NCBI GenBank assembly: GCA_026025075.1
Contig: JAPEUI010000153.1
Coordinates: forward strand, 1-34,780
From: Vezdaea acicularis
Lineage: Eukaryota
DNA: 34,780 nucleotides
Reading direction: 5' to 3'
In this document: piece by piece, positions 21,156 through 32,529 of the stretch
Position numbering within the stretch: the stretch's first letter is position 1
Layout: each line of letters begins with the position of its first letter
The notes under the pieces: generated by a model
Databases searched by the model: none
Seen by the model: the letters and a program-made list of their open reading frames with translations, nothing else
Told to the model about the DNA's origin: nothing
Made by a program: the position numbers and the translations under genes

Positions 21156-22309
21156 CTACTCCTCCCTTTCCGCCCACACGCCATTCAAAAACGCCACGAA
21201 ACCCTCCACCCACCTCTCCCCCCCCTCTCCCATCGGTCTAAGCACCACTCCCGCCCCCGGTCCTCCCTGTCGCTGCATCCCCTCAAACTGCCTCCTCAAT
21301 CTCTGCAGCTGTCCCACCGAGGGTTTCGTGGGTGGAAGCTCCAACCTAGCCGCACAAGCCGGTATCGCGAGAGTCGCGGATGAAGAGCCAGGGTTATCGG
21401 CGTAGTGCTGGGATATCGTCGCGATGACACTTGTTGTGGCTGTTGTGAGGGCGGTTAGTGAGGAGGACGAGGAGGAGGGAGTGGGAGGGGGGAGGAGGGT
21501 GGCTTTGTTGCGTTTGATGGGCAGGCCGGTGTTTAGGGGGCCGATCAGGGCGAGCCAGATTAGGTTGTAGGGCGGGTGGGGGTCGGTGGTGGGGAGGGTG
21601 AAGAGGGGGCGGTCCCAGCGGGTTAGGCCGGTGGGTTCTTCGTAGCGGTAGAGGAGGTTGAGGAGGAGGGGGGGGTCGTAGGGGGGTGGGGTGGAGGAGG
21701 GGGAGAAGGGGTTGGTGGGTGGGGTGGGGTTGTTTTCTATGTCTGCTTCTTCCTTGGCTTCGCCCTCGCGCTCTCGCTCCGGTTCCTGTTCCTGCTCACG
21801 CCGTTGCAGCCTAGCTTCATTCCTCTTAATACACTCCTCTTCCGACGCAGCGACATGCACGACGCAACTGGGTGTGCCGACCGCCTTCGCCTCGCAATAT
21901 AGCTGGTACCTATAGCCCTTGATATAGTTCAAGCCATCAGCGATGACGAGCGCGTTGTGCGAGAGGGCGCGCTTGACGGCGCTATACTCGGCTGCGCGCG
22001 CGGCCTTTTCGAGGGACGCGCTGGCGTAGACGGTGGGTGGTAAGGAGAGGGAGTGTGGAGATATTGGTGGGGGGACTGTGAGGTTTAGGATATATGGTGT
22101 TGGGTTTGTTGGAGAGGGCGAAGAGGTGGTTGGTGAGGTGGGGGAGGTGGAGGACGAATTTTGGAGGGAGGATAGTTCGTTGCTGAACCATTCGTGCAGT
22201 TGGGCGGCGCGGTAGGTCTTTCCGCTGCATGGGTAGCCCGTTATAATGATTAGCTATGGGGAGAGGGTTAGCGCGAGCGAAGAGAGGGCGATTGAGAGCT
22301 TACTGGCAT
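21156..22309 (-). CDS. KTI12: Elongator-associated ATPase KTI12, 367 aa
   Basis: Model complement(join(21156..22253,22304..22309)): a 6-nt first coding exon (ATG CCA|GTAAGC...GCTAAC...TAG). Motifs: MP-LIIITGYPCSGKT (P-loop), EKAARAAEYSAVKRALS, VIADGLNYIKGYRYQLYCEAK, RYEEPTGLTRWDRPLF and LQRLRRQF. Confidence 0.93.
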
Positions 22310-22554
22310 GGTGGTGGTGGCGGTGATGGTGGGTAAGAAATGCTTATGGTGGGGCTTTTCTGATGGAATTTTTACGGTCGTCGAGATGGGGGGCTGATGG
22401 AGGACTACGGCCGGCGGGAGACGCCAAGTTACGCACTTGTTGATCTGTTGCATGATTCGAGATTTTGACGAAGTAATTTTGAGTCCAGTCCTATTCTACA
22501 ACACGATAACCAGCCTTGCTGCCGCTGACGGATGACTTGCTTTAGGGCTTTCAT

Positions 22555-22897
22555 CTACTCTTCGGCCTCCCTTCCTTCAACCGAGGCTAGGATTCGGCCC
22601 TTATCTTCGAGCACAGTTTCCACTACGCTGTTGAAGCCGTTATTGGCATGCTCTCCGATGAGCTTCTCCATCACAGGCGACCCCTCATACTCGTTACCGA
22701 TGAAAGCTTTTGTGTAGGCTTCTACGATGCCAGAACTTACCGTAGCCACAAGGGGCGTAGAAGTGCTGTATCGGCAATAATTCCGTGGAATCTACCGACT
22801 TGACCGGCTATCATGCCTTACGCACTCACGAACCTCGCATACATTTTGATTCATCTTCGCTATCATTATGCCCGGGCTTTCCTGTCACTGGCGTATA
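22555..22897 (-). other. Possible small orphan gene or relic (two in-frame exons, no clear start)
   Basis: Splicing 22830..22897 to 22555..22765 (GTGAGT...CAG) gives an open frame: YTPVTGKPGHNDSEDESKCMRGSTSTPLVATVSSGIVEAYTKAFIGNEYEGSPVMEKLIGEHANNGFNSVVETVLEDKGRILASVEGREAEE*. The branch point is weak and I could not resolve an upstream exon. Confidence 0.2.
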
Positions 22898-24798
22898 CTA
22901 TCTAAAGCTTTCATTTCGTCAGTCTTTATGAATGCTTGCCATTCATATTTATTTTCGCCCTGGGGTCAACTTTATATTCAAAATTGATTTCTTGGACGGC
23001 ACCAAGATCTATATATTTCACTACTAGCGCTCTATATCTGTCGTAATAACCAACACTATTACGAACTTCTCGGGCTTCAGATGAAATACAAGATAGGGAG
23101 AGATGGCATAATGCTCGAGGAGGCCTCAGTCTGAGCGCAAGCTGTGCGTGTGCTCTCACGATAGGCTCAGGACCTACTACACACATACACCCAGTTTGCC
23201 ATAGCAACGCAAGCGCCTCGATGGATGAAAATATCCCCTACTCGCTGATAGCTGGCTCGCTGGCCACTCCGCGTAGGAAGGCTTCGGCGCACAGATGTTA
23301 GGCCACGTGCAGGAACAGAAATTGCGTAAGGACAAGGGCTTCTCTAGGAACAAAGGCCCCAAATGCCAAGAGTGTTGTGTATATAAGACCTCAGTCAGTG
23401 CGGATCGCATTTCCTTCTGAAATTGTAGGAGCAAGCCGAGAAGGAGGAGCCTTATGGGCACTGACCTCAATCAAATCTGTGCGTTATAACTGGTTCCTCA
23501 AGTTTGATTAGTTGTCCGAGCTAAGAATTAGGCGATGATCCTGTCTCGAGAGACTTCACCTTCTCTTAGCAAGAGAAGTCCTGGTCGAGAAGATGACAGT
23601 CAGATAATTTCTTCAGTCAGATCCTCTACGAGCATAACATAAAGCCAGAGCGTTTCGCCAAGCTTATTTGCGCTTAGACCAGTGACACTTCGCCCCCTAA
23701 AGCTAAACAAGAACATGTCAGACTACAGAGGAATAGGTAATAGAGTAGTTTCGTGTTAAAGCTGGTCGTAGCTAAAGTAAAAGAATATTCGAGAGTTATC
23801 GCCCGTGACCTATGACCATGGAATGGGCGGTGAAGTTTAGGAGGGCCTTTTCCAAAGATGGGTGTTTACCGACAAGCTAATCTGGATTTAACCTGTACAT
23901 CTCATAATGTGGATAAGGATAGGATGATATCGTCAATCGGCAACTTATCGATGAGCTTGCCAGGGTGTCCGACGATCAATGGTGAGGGTCAGAAACCCTG
24001 GCGATGCGTGGACTTGGTCTACGGCACGTCTGCGTTCAGTACCAAGGAACTCGGGATATTCCCTCTCCTACGAGCCCACCCTCAGGGACCCTTAAAAGGC
24101 GGGGAACGGTAGGTAAGCGACGCTTAGAAAGCCTGAAACGGGCTTCGTGCCTACTCAATGCGCCTAATGTCATCGCGCGGTTTCCGTTCTTGGCAGGGCT
24201 AGGGTCCACACGAACCGTTGACCTCGTTCTCAAGATGCGTTCTTCAGGATCGAAGATTGAATTAGATGGCTTTTGCGCAACTCTAACTTTGCAATCCCTT
24301 TGCTAGTTGAGATGTGCCCACTGTTCACTTTCACGCTTTTTAACGGGTCTCAAGGAATGGGTTGGCACTCCGAAGGGATTTTTCTGCACGGATCACAAAT
24401 TTCGCATACGAGTTTCGAGACAGGACGCACAGGCAGATAATGCCCAAAGATGGGAAAGTGATACCGTCGGGAAGCTTGAAGCCTCATTGTAGTATTCACA
24501 TCGGAGATGGCTCTAACACGCGCATCGTGCCCGTGTCCGAAGCCCTTCCGTTCGCAAGTGTTGTTAAAGACTGCGCTCTTCCCTTCCCACCCAAAACCTT
24601 GGTGGAAATACATGTCTGCAATTTCGTTCAACTTCGCGCTCTTTAATTTCTTTTCTCCTCATCAAGCTTGACTACCCGTCAACACATTCGTTCAGCTCGA
24701 TAATCTCAAAGATAACTGACAGTCGTTCTTCTCTTGCCATCACTGTGTGACGGCGTTCTCTCTTTTTTTCGGAATCATCACTATTACCTTCACTCGCG

Positions 24799-25888
24799 AT
24801 GAAGTCACTCATTTCAATTGCCCTGGTGGTGTCCAGCACTGCCTCTCTTGTCGCTGCTCAGGTGACCGAGTAAGTACAAGGACTTTACATAGACGGCGAG
24901 ATCGCTAATAATGGCATTCCAACAGAATTAACGGCACGTACTACTGCCCAACCAACCATCCTGACGGGAAGTTTTGCGATGGCAATTCTACGTCAACCTA
25001 TGTCATCTTCCGCTGCCAAAATACTATAGCTACGCCTGGTGATTGCAGAAGCGAGTAAGTTAAATGAGCACCATATGCAACAGAACAGTAGCTCATTTGA
25101 TCTTCCTCATTAGCCTTAGCTACGTGCAGCCAGAAGGGACCAAGCAGTACGCTCTCTGTTATCAAGATTCCAATGACGATGGTTCCGCTGCTTGTTCCAA
25201 CAATGGCATAGTTTATCCGGATAATGGTGGATCTACTTTCTCTATTACTGGATCTCCGGGTACTCTTACTTATCCTAACGGCGTCCTTGAGACTGGGTTT
25301 CCTACCCCGATCTTTCCGAACTTGATGACCTCGACCGTCTACTCGACCCAGGAAATCACCGTCACGAGCTGCGCTCCAACCGTCACTAACTGTCCGGAAG
25401 AATCAATCATTGTGACCACTTCAGTCATCGCAGTTTCCACCACCATCTGTCCTGTCACAGAGACAGAGACTTCCACGACGTCAACTACGACAGAATGTCC
25501 GACTTCTACGCCAACTCCGGTAGTCGTTCAGCCCTCGGCTCCAATAGTTGTTCAGCCAACGAGTCCAGAAGTTTCATCAACCACTGTCTATACCACGTAC
25601 ACTTACACCTCCTCAAATGTATACACGATGACGACAAGTTGCACCACTGCGTCTGAATCACCAATCACAACCACATCGTTCAGTACCTACACCGTTGTCG
25701 TGCAACCAAGTTATTCCACAAGTAGCAGCAGCCCCATAGCCCCCTATCCCGCGGGTAATCACTCGACTCCTGTAGCCACCACCGGTGCTCCAGCCCCCAG
25801 CCCGTACACCTTCACAGGGTCGGCAAGTGCTATCAAACTCAGTAGTGCATTAGCAGCCGCAGGCATCCTCGTAGCAGTCTTGCTTTAG
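24799..25888 (+). CDS. Secreted GPI-anchored Ser/Thr-rich cell-wall protein with Cys-rich N-terminal domain, about 324 aa
   Basis: Model join(24799..24869,24926..25054,25114..25888). It has a signal peptide [20 protein letters not shown], a six-Cys N-terminal domain, the typical fungal wall repeat [23 protein letters not shown]...[12 protein letters not shown], an S/T/P stalk and a GPI signal [25 protein letters not shown]. Confidence 0.9.
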
Positions 25889-26901
25889 GTTAGACTCGAA
25901 TACACCTCAAATGCTTAGGCATGGCCGAGAATAAGGTGCAGAAGGTTATGATTGTGCACGAGCGGCGTCATTTGAATCTTCGAGGACTGGTGTCATTGAG
26001 TCATTCTCTTCGCTGCAGATGAATCTCGGATGGGTTTCTTTGGCTTTGACAGTAATGAGAAGCGTGGCTGCCTCTATCAGCAGGGGACTACGAGACGACG
26101 GACATCACTATTTCCCTGTAAAACCTGCCAGTACATAGAATTGACACTTGAATGCATATGTTTCTCTCCTGTCTCCAACCCTGTCGTCATAATGAGTATC
26201 CTCCCCTTGCGCTCTTTCTCAGATCGTCGAGCGAGTTTCAGTCTTGTTAGATCCCTATCGTGTAATGTAACTTGCTCTGCCGCCAGCACAAACGCAATGA
26301 TCACGGACTTTCAAGGGTCGTTGTGCGCTAATTGTTGCAAGAGATCGTATGAGCACTACCTGCTGTTTTATGATAGAATGTAAGGAGTACCATGGGCACC
26401 CGTGCACTTCCGCGTCGTGATTATTTGAGGTGCACTCTGCATAACGGAAATAACCACAGTTCGTGTGCATGCTTCCGCCAATATACAGTAGACCTCGGCC
26501 CATTTTACCGCCGAATGCGATGGTAGCGAACGTCCCGTGGGGGATTCGCGTTCGGCTGGCGAATGGGAGGCCATTCCGGCCAGCAGAACGCCCAGCCTTG
26601 ACAGTACTAGCTCATCCATCGGCTTCTCCACACGTAGTGACGACCGAGGCCTCTAGCTTGCCCCCAACTTTTTGTATTTTGAGACAGGCAGTCATCTTGC
26701 CAGTCTGGCACACGCCCTAAATTCATGAGTTAGAGATATCATTGTCTAGCACCTACACAGAATAGATCATTCCCAAGGCACTTGTTCATATCGCCTCTCA
26801 GCTAATCTACACCATTAGACTGAGGAAGCTCCGGCTCATCCAAACTCTCTCCTCTTCCTCCTTAGTTTGCGTCAAAAAGCCTCCACCCATAGCTCTTGAT
26901 T

Positions 26902-27378
26902 ATGAACATTCCCCTCAAACAGTCCTCTCGTTCAAGACCTTCAACATCATCATCCAGAGCCTTTGCATCGTCTTCACAGAGCTCGTCATACATTCCGTCA
27001 TCCCAGTTCTCTTCACCAGGCTCGTATCAGAGCCAGGCCACGGCTCCTTCGTCCTTCTCGTCCACGGCCACTTTTATGTCAACATATTCGCATGCCATGC
27101 CTGCTCCACTCTCATCACCCTCTTCGGGTCAACCAAACTCCCAGTTCTTCCCGACCGTTGCTCCAGCAGCTACATCACAGCAGAACAACCAACAAGAAAG
27201 CCAAGGGAACTTAAACAATAGCCAAGTATCGCACCCAAACTACTCTCAGCACGGCGAAGCTCGGAATAACCCGGCAGCTACAGCTCCATATCTAAGAGAT
27301 TTCAACTTAGTCGCTGAAGCCGCCAAAAGAGCTCAAATCAAAATCACTATGCGCGACCTAGAAGCGTTAGCATTATGA
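26902..27378 (+). CDS. Small Ser/Gln-rich protein with a conserved-looking C-terminal helix, 158 aa
   Basis: Single-exon ORF from the ATG at 26902. A low-complexity body is followed by PYLRDFNLVAEAAKRAQIKITMRDLEALAL, which resembles the C-terminus of an uncharacterised Pezizomycotina protein family as I recall it. Confidence 0.75.
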   Translation: MNIPLKQSSRSRPSTSSSRAFASSSQSSSYIPSSQFSSPGSYQSQATAPSSFSSTATFMSTYSHAMPAPLSSPSSGQPNSQFFPTVAPAATSQQNNQQESQGNLNNSQVSHPNYSQHGEARNNPAATAPYLRDFNLVAEAAKRAQIKITMRDLEALAL

Positions 27379-29812
27379 TGCTACGTTCTAGGATTTTACC
27401 AATGAGACAAGCGATGAGGTTGGGTTCTGTTTATGCGAGACTTTCAAAGCCTTTGAAAGTAGGAGTCGTGCGGTCGATCCCGCTAGCTAGAGTTATTTCA
27501 CGCGATTGGAGGACTACTATCATTCAAGTGCTGAAGCTTAGGATACAAGCGTTCCTTTAGGAGTTTCGTTCACAGCAAAGCGTCTGCTTTCACTCTTGTC
27601 TTTGCATGACTGTTTTCATAATTGTATTCCCAGCGCCTCTGAATTTTTTGACTTATTAAATTCTTCACGGATCTTAAATCCTGAATCATAGAGTAGATTG
27701 CAGGTTTGCGCACACAGTTCTCAGAATATTCTTAGTTATCTCATGTTGAACGTTCCGAGGGTAAAGTGTTCTCTTCATCTCGCGTCTTTCATTTGGTCTT
27801 TGTATGTTATTGAAGCTAAAATTATCATCAACTACACTGAGGGCAGAGCCCTGTGCAGACAGAAGCTGCGATGATCTCTCTTCTTTCCAACTTATCCATC
27901 GTGCTCTTCTAGCTTATACTGCTTGTATGATCGCACCTTAATCGGGCGTCAAAATGACATTATAGACAGGCAATTCTAGGCGGTGGCTGACAGTGGAGTG
28001 GTCCACACTTCCCCAACCTACTTGCTAATTGTCTCAAATGGGTGGAGTCAGTTGGGTGGACTTTGATTGAACAGCTGCATTTCTTGCTATGTTGGCCAAC
28101 ATTCCCTCGAGATGGCAGTACGACTATCCTAAAACGTTTGGAGACGTGTCACCTCAAGGACACATCTCCATGAATGACCGTTTTTGTAATAAATTGCGTC
28201 AGTAAAAGCTTCGAGCACTGGCTGGTTTGCCTCAGATTGCCAAATGAGGCGACCAATCCACATCCGATCTTGACAGATGATAAGGTGTTTGAAGATATAT
28301 TTAGCCTTGTTACATACTATGCTCGTGATTCAGATCGTTGCATAAGAGGCCATTGAACGCGATTATTTGCTCATCTAGAATTGGCATGTCGCGTGTATAA
28401 ATATGACTCGCACTTACTCTTGAGCTTTCGTGGGGCTTTCAGTTCCAACCGCGACGTGGGTATAACCAGCACCCTCTTTCTCTTCTCCTCAACCCTAAAT
28501 AGGGCGAGCAAGTTTCAAATAGCCAGTACGTCACACACGCGACAAAGGACGCGAAGAGAGTGACAAAAACACGTCTACCCAATATGTCTTTTAGCTTTAA
28601 CACGTATTGTCGTTAGCTTATATGCGCACCACGTTGGATTCAAACCTCTTCCGGGGCATCTATTGAGGTTTGCATACTTAGGCCATGTAGTTTTATCCAT
28701 AGTGGAAGTTCTAGGCCTTTCAAGACTTTATTGATTTGTCTGCTATGCAAACCAATTGGGAAACCAACATGCGTTAATTGTAGAATCAAAAGACTTCATT
28801 CGCAAGGAAGTGCGGCAGACATACCCGCCGATGTACAACGAGCAAGGGCACGCGCGGGGTCTTTGCTGCTTGGATTTTAAGGCGCCCGATGTAGGAGGAC
28901 GTACTGGGTTGTGTAAATTCATTGGTCAAGGTCTGAGTGTAGAGGGCTTTAATCGGGCGTACGCTCTTAGCCTTGCAGTCTCCCACTTGGGCTCCCATTC
29001 TCAGCCTCGTCAGTATGGATCGAGACCACGGGGTCAACAGTATGCTGGAGCTTTGGAAGGGTCACAAGCTTCACTTCTACTTAGAGTAACACCGTTCTGC
29101 TCTCATGATCGCCGAAAATGAGTTCGTTCGTATCCAGTGGAACCTGAAGGCGTGCTGTCAGGTTAGTACCCGCCAAGATCTTTTTGGCGGCTCTGCGCTA
29201 GTTCGAGAACACCAATCCTTGTACAACTGTGAGGCTCTGCGCCCTCTTGATCGCGCTTTAGCTTTTCCACTAGTGTGAGTCCCCACCTCCTGTTTTCTTG
29301 ACACCGGGGTTTTTGCACCATACACCAATGACGGCAAGCGTTGCTCCTAGCACTCTAGGGTACCTTCTTAGCCATATCGCTCTCGGACTCTAGTTCCAGA
29401 GAAATGGCCACGGATCGACAGCCCCCCCTATGCGGCTCAAATGCGACGCTTAAAAAGTAACAGCGTGTCCGCTCAAAAGTCCTTTCCGTCCGCATCTTTG
29501 TCAACTTATTATGGTGTCTTACTCTGTCTCCATTCTGTTCAGCCTCTCCTCGTCTCCTTTGTATTGCTTGAATCTTTCATTGCTTCCTCTTAGTTGGATC
29601 ACGTAGCAAAGCCCACTGGGTTTTATTTCGTGCTCTCTCCGAATGGTGCTCATTTCAGATATCTACTTTACTTCTGCTTATAATCATTGTAACTGCTCTC
29701 TGAGTTTGGGTGGCGGTAGTCTTTTAGGACGGCGCATCGGCGTTTCAAGGGACCGTCAGTATTCATTCTTGTTTTCCGTAACTTGATCGACGCTTTTTCT
29801 ATCGTCGATATA

Positions 29813-32088
29813 ATGAATTTCTTTGAGTCTCTTCCCTACGATGTGCTATTCAACATTACGAATAATCTAAGCTTTGAGGACATCGTCAATCTGTCTCGAG
29901 CTTCTCCTCTAACGTGGTCTCTACTGTCTGAGGAGACGGTTTGCAGGCGCACTGTTGAAGTTAGTCAGCCAAAGATATAAGCTTACGTGGCTTCTCATGG
30001 AACGCAACGTTGACAAAATCTTAGAAACATATGCCCAATACGCGAGAGGCGCAGCTTGCTAGGATGTACACGAAGGAGGCGCAGCTCGCGCACATAGAAA
30101 ATCGTCATAAGCGGCATAAAGTCGACAGACCCTATAGGGCTGCGCTTCAAAAAATCCATACTCGTCATCAAGCTTACGCAACTGCGAGTCCGGTCTCTGC
30201 TGCTATTCTGAGCTACAGCTCGGCCTCCTTTCTTTATTCCGATGGCGTTCTCTGCTATCAATCTGAGGGACATGTTCGCGTTCTAGATATTCATGCCTCT
30301 GCGTCTAAAGAGTGTGTTATCAATATTAGCAGTCTTATCATCTCAACTATCAGTCCCCCACCTAAAAACCCCAGGACTGGGAGATTTACCCTTCTCAATT
30401 ATAGTCATGGCATAATAGCTTGCTTGTATCAAAGCAAAGGACTAAATGCGCCTGCGTACCTGCTCGCTATAGATGTTGGGATCGGTGGCACGAAACCGGG
30501 GAGGTGCATTCTTGCATTTCCGATTGAAGGTACCACCAATAAGATGATCGCGAGGCACAATGACAAGTATCTTTATTTCGGTACCCATAACCTTGATGAA
30601 GAAGGCCATAGAGAATGGTGTTTCACAGGTATTAACCTTGTTGATGGTTCTCGCATGGACGCCCAGGTCAAGCCTAACAAGTTCATCGGTTCTGACATCA
30701 ATTCAAATGTCACCTTCACAATACATGGCTCATATTTTTACGCTCTATCATCACAGAGATGCTTTGAAGAGGTGGATTATACATCTTGCTACCATTGTGT
30801 CCGATTTCTTCTCTCAGACCCCCTAGAAGTTGAAATTCGAGACAAGATTTGGCGTCGCCAACATACAGAAGGTCCAATCAACGATCTGTGGACGGATTTA
30901 CGATTGTTACCAGACGAACGTACAGGCGAGCTATTGATCGTTGAGGCTCGTCGAGAGTGGAGAAAGGGGGCACCACAAACCCAGCGAACGTACTACATGC
31001 AGCCATTGCCCCCTGCATTTGCTCCTGGTACTGACAACACGGGCACGCCGCTTGGATCGTCCCCACAGCAATCCCCTGTGGATCTCAGTGGCTCATCGGA
31101 TAGCTCGTTGACTAATAATGTAGACGCTGAGATGCTAGATCCTCCAGCTGAGGAAGGTGAGACCGCAAACTTAGCAACGCAACATACATCCGCCTCGCAT
31201 ACGGCATCTCCTCGCCGTCTTCACGACCTTCCAGAAGAAGATCGCCAGATAGAACCGCTTCTCAGGAAAACCGACGCTCCTCATTACCAAAAGGAAAGGC
31301 CTCGTCTTCCACGCTATGTGCACGAAGGAGACAACGCATTAACAAAGCGAACCTTCATTCTTGCCAGAACCAAGTTGAGGGCGTACAACCCAGCCGCAAA
31401 CGCCTTTCTCGACTTGGTCGATGATCCCGTAACAGATCCAATTACGCATGCTACTCGCTCACGGTTACGAATCCGTGTCGGCGCACGGAAATTGAAACCG
31501 CCGGCTCGAAAGGAGGGGTTTCTCAAAGGGCCCGGAATTGACGAGAGAACCGGAGAAGCCTTCGAAGAGGGCATGCAAGAAGAATACGAACCTCTCAATC
31601 CAGACGGCCCAATCTTATGGCCCCCCTCGCCGCCCTCATCTCCTCGGATGGGACCTACCCAAGTTCCGAGCATAGATGAAGCAGAGCTAACTCTGTTGAC
31701 CAACATACTCAATCCCACGGGACCACCATCTAGCGGGCAGGCTGGCCCAATGGCGGTATCTCCCGCTGCCGATGTCCACGCCTTATCTGATGCGCATTGC
31801 GTGGTCTACTCCACGCCTTATCCCACACCTCCCGGTCAGAAGCAAAAGCGAGCTCTTGTCTTAATCAACTTCGACGCTGCGGTGGGGATTCCCCGACCTG
31901 CTGACAACGCCGCAGAACTCACCGAGGTGCAAAAACCCCCAGCTGCCGAAAAGGAAAACTTTTTGCTCCAAGAAACAGTCGGTGTGAGTGGTCAACAAGA
32001 GCCGATGGAGATTGAAAGGCCTAGGTGGTGGAGGGAGGAGCCTGCGAGATGGGTATCCGTTGGGCTGGGCTGGCGCGCACATAGATAA
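29813..32088 (+). CDS. F-box domain protein, 736 aa
   Basis: Model join(29813..29959,30025..32088), intron GTTAGT...TTGAC...TAG in phase 0. The N-terminal F-box-like motif is FESLPYDVLFNITNNLSFEDIVNLSRAS. The large beta-rich body contains WRRQHTEGPINDLWTDLRL. Confidence 0.85.
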
Positions 32089-32529
32089 TCGATTAGAGAT
32101 TGAATGTTCCTTTTTCCCCACTTCTGTGCTTTTCCAATGCAATACTTGAAGGAAGAGGGGCGAACTCCGGTTGGCCATGCAAGTAACAAAAAGCAAGCAA
32201 AGTGATACTAGGCGAAAAGCGTGGAAAATCCGTGACTAATCATACGTCGAATGCCCCTGGAATGAGGCTCTTTGCCACATTCGGAAGGCAGATCCGGTGA
32301 CATTTCTGGGCAGCAGTAACCCCTGCCAAATTTATGACTTGATGGCAAGGCAGCCTTCGCTAACCCCAGGCGAGTGGCAACTCTAATCTCTCCGTCAAGG
32401 TTACGTATTATGAGTTCATTCTCCATGCTTCGTATTGAATGCGACTATGCTCATAGAGACCCATGTGACCCCAAACTCAAACGCCAAGAGAGCCTCAGCC
32501 TCATGCAAACCAACACCAACGGCGCCCCT

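Noticed and set aside
20037..21405. ORFs of 134-155 aa between or overlapping the TF and KTI12 3' ends
   Set aside because: No recognisable domains. They are likely 3' UTR or antisense sequence.
6413..22309. Apparent 'translation-control cluster' (EFM7, Smr protein, KTI12)
   Set aside because: The genes are interspersed with unrelated housekeeping genes, with no evidence of co-regulation.
27984..28062. Weak direct and inverted similarity among GGTGGA/TCCAC words
   Set aside because: Short and imperfect, with no terminal inverted repeats or target-site duplication to support a MITE.
28756..29121. 121-aa + strand ORF
   Set aside because: Non-ATG start in the track, no motif and no supporting splice structure.
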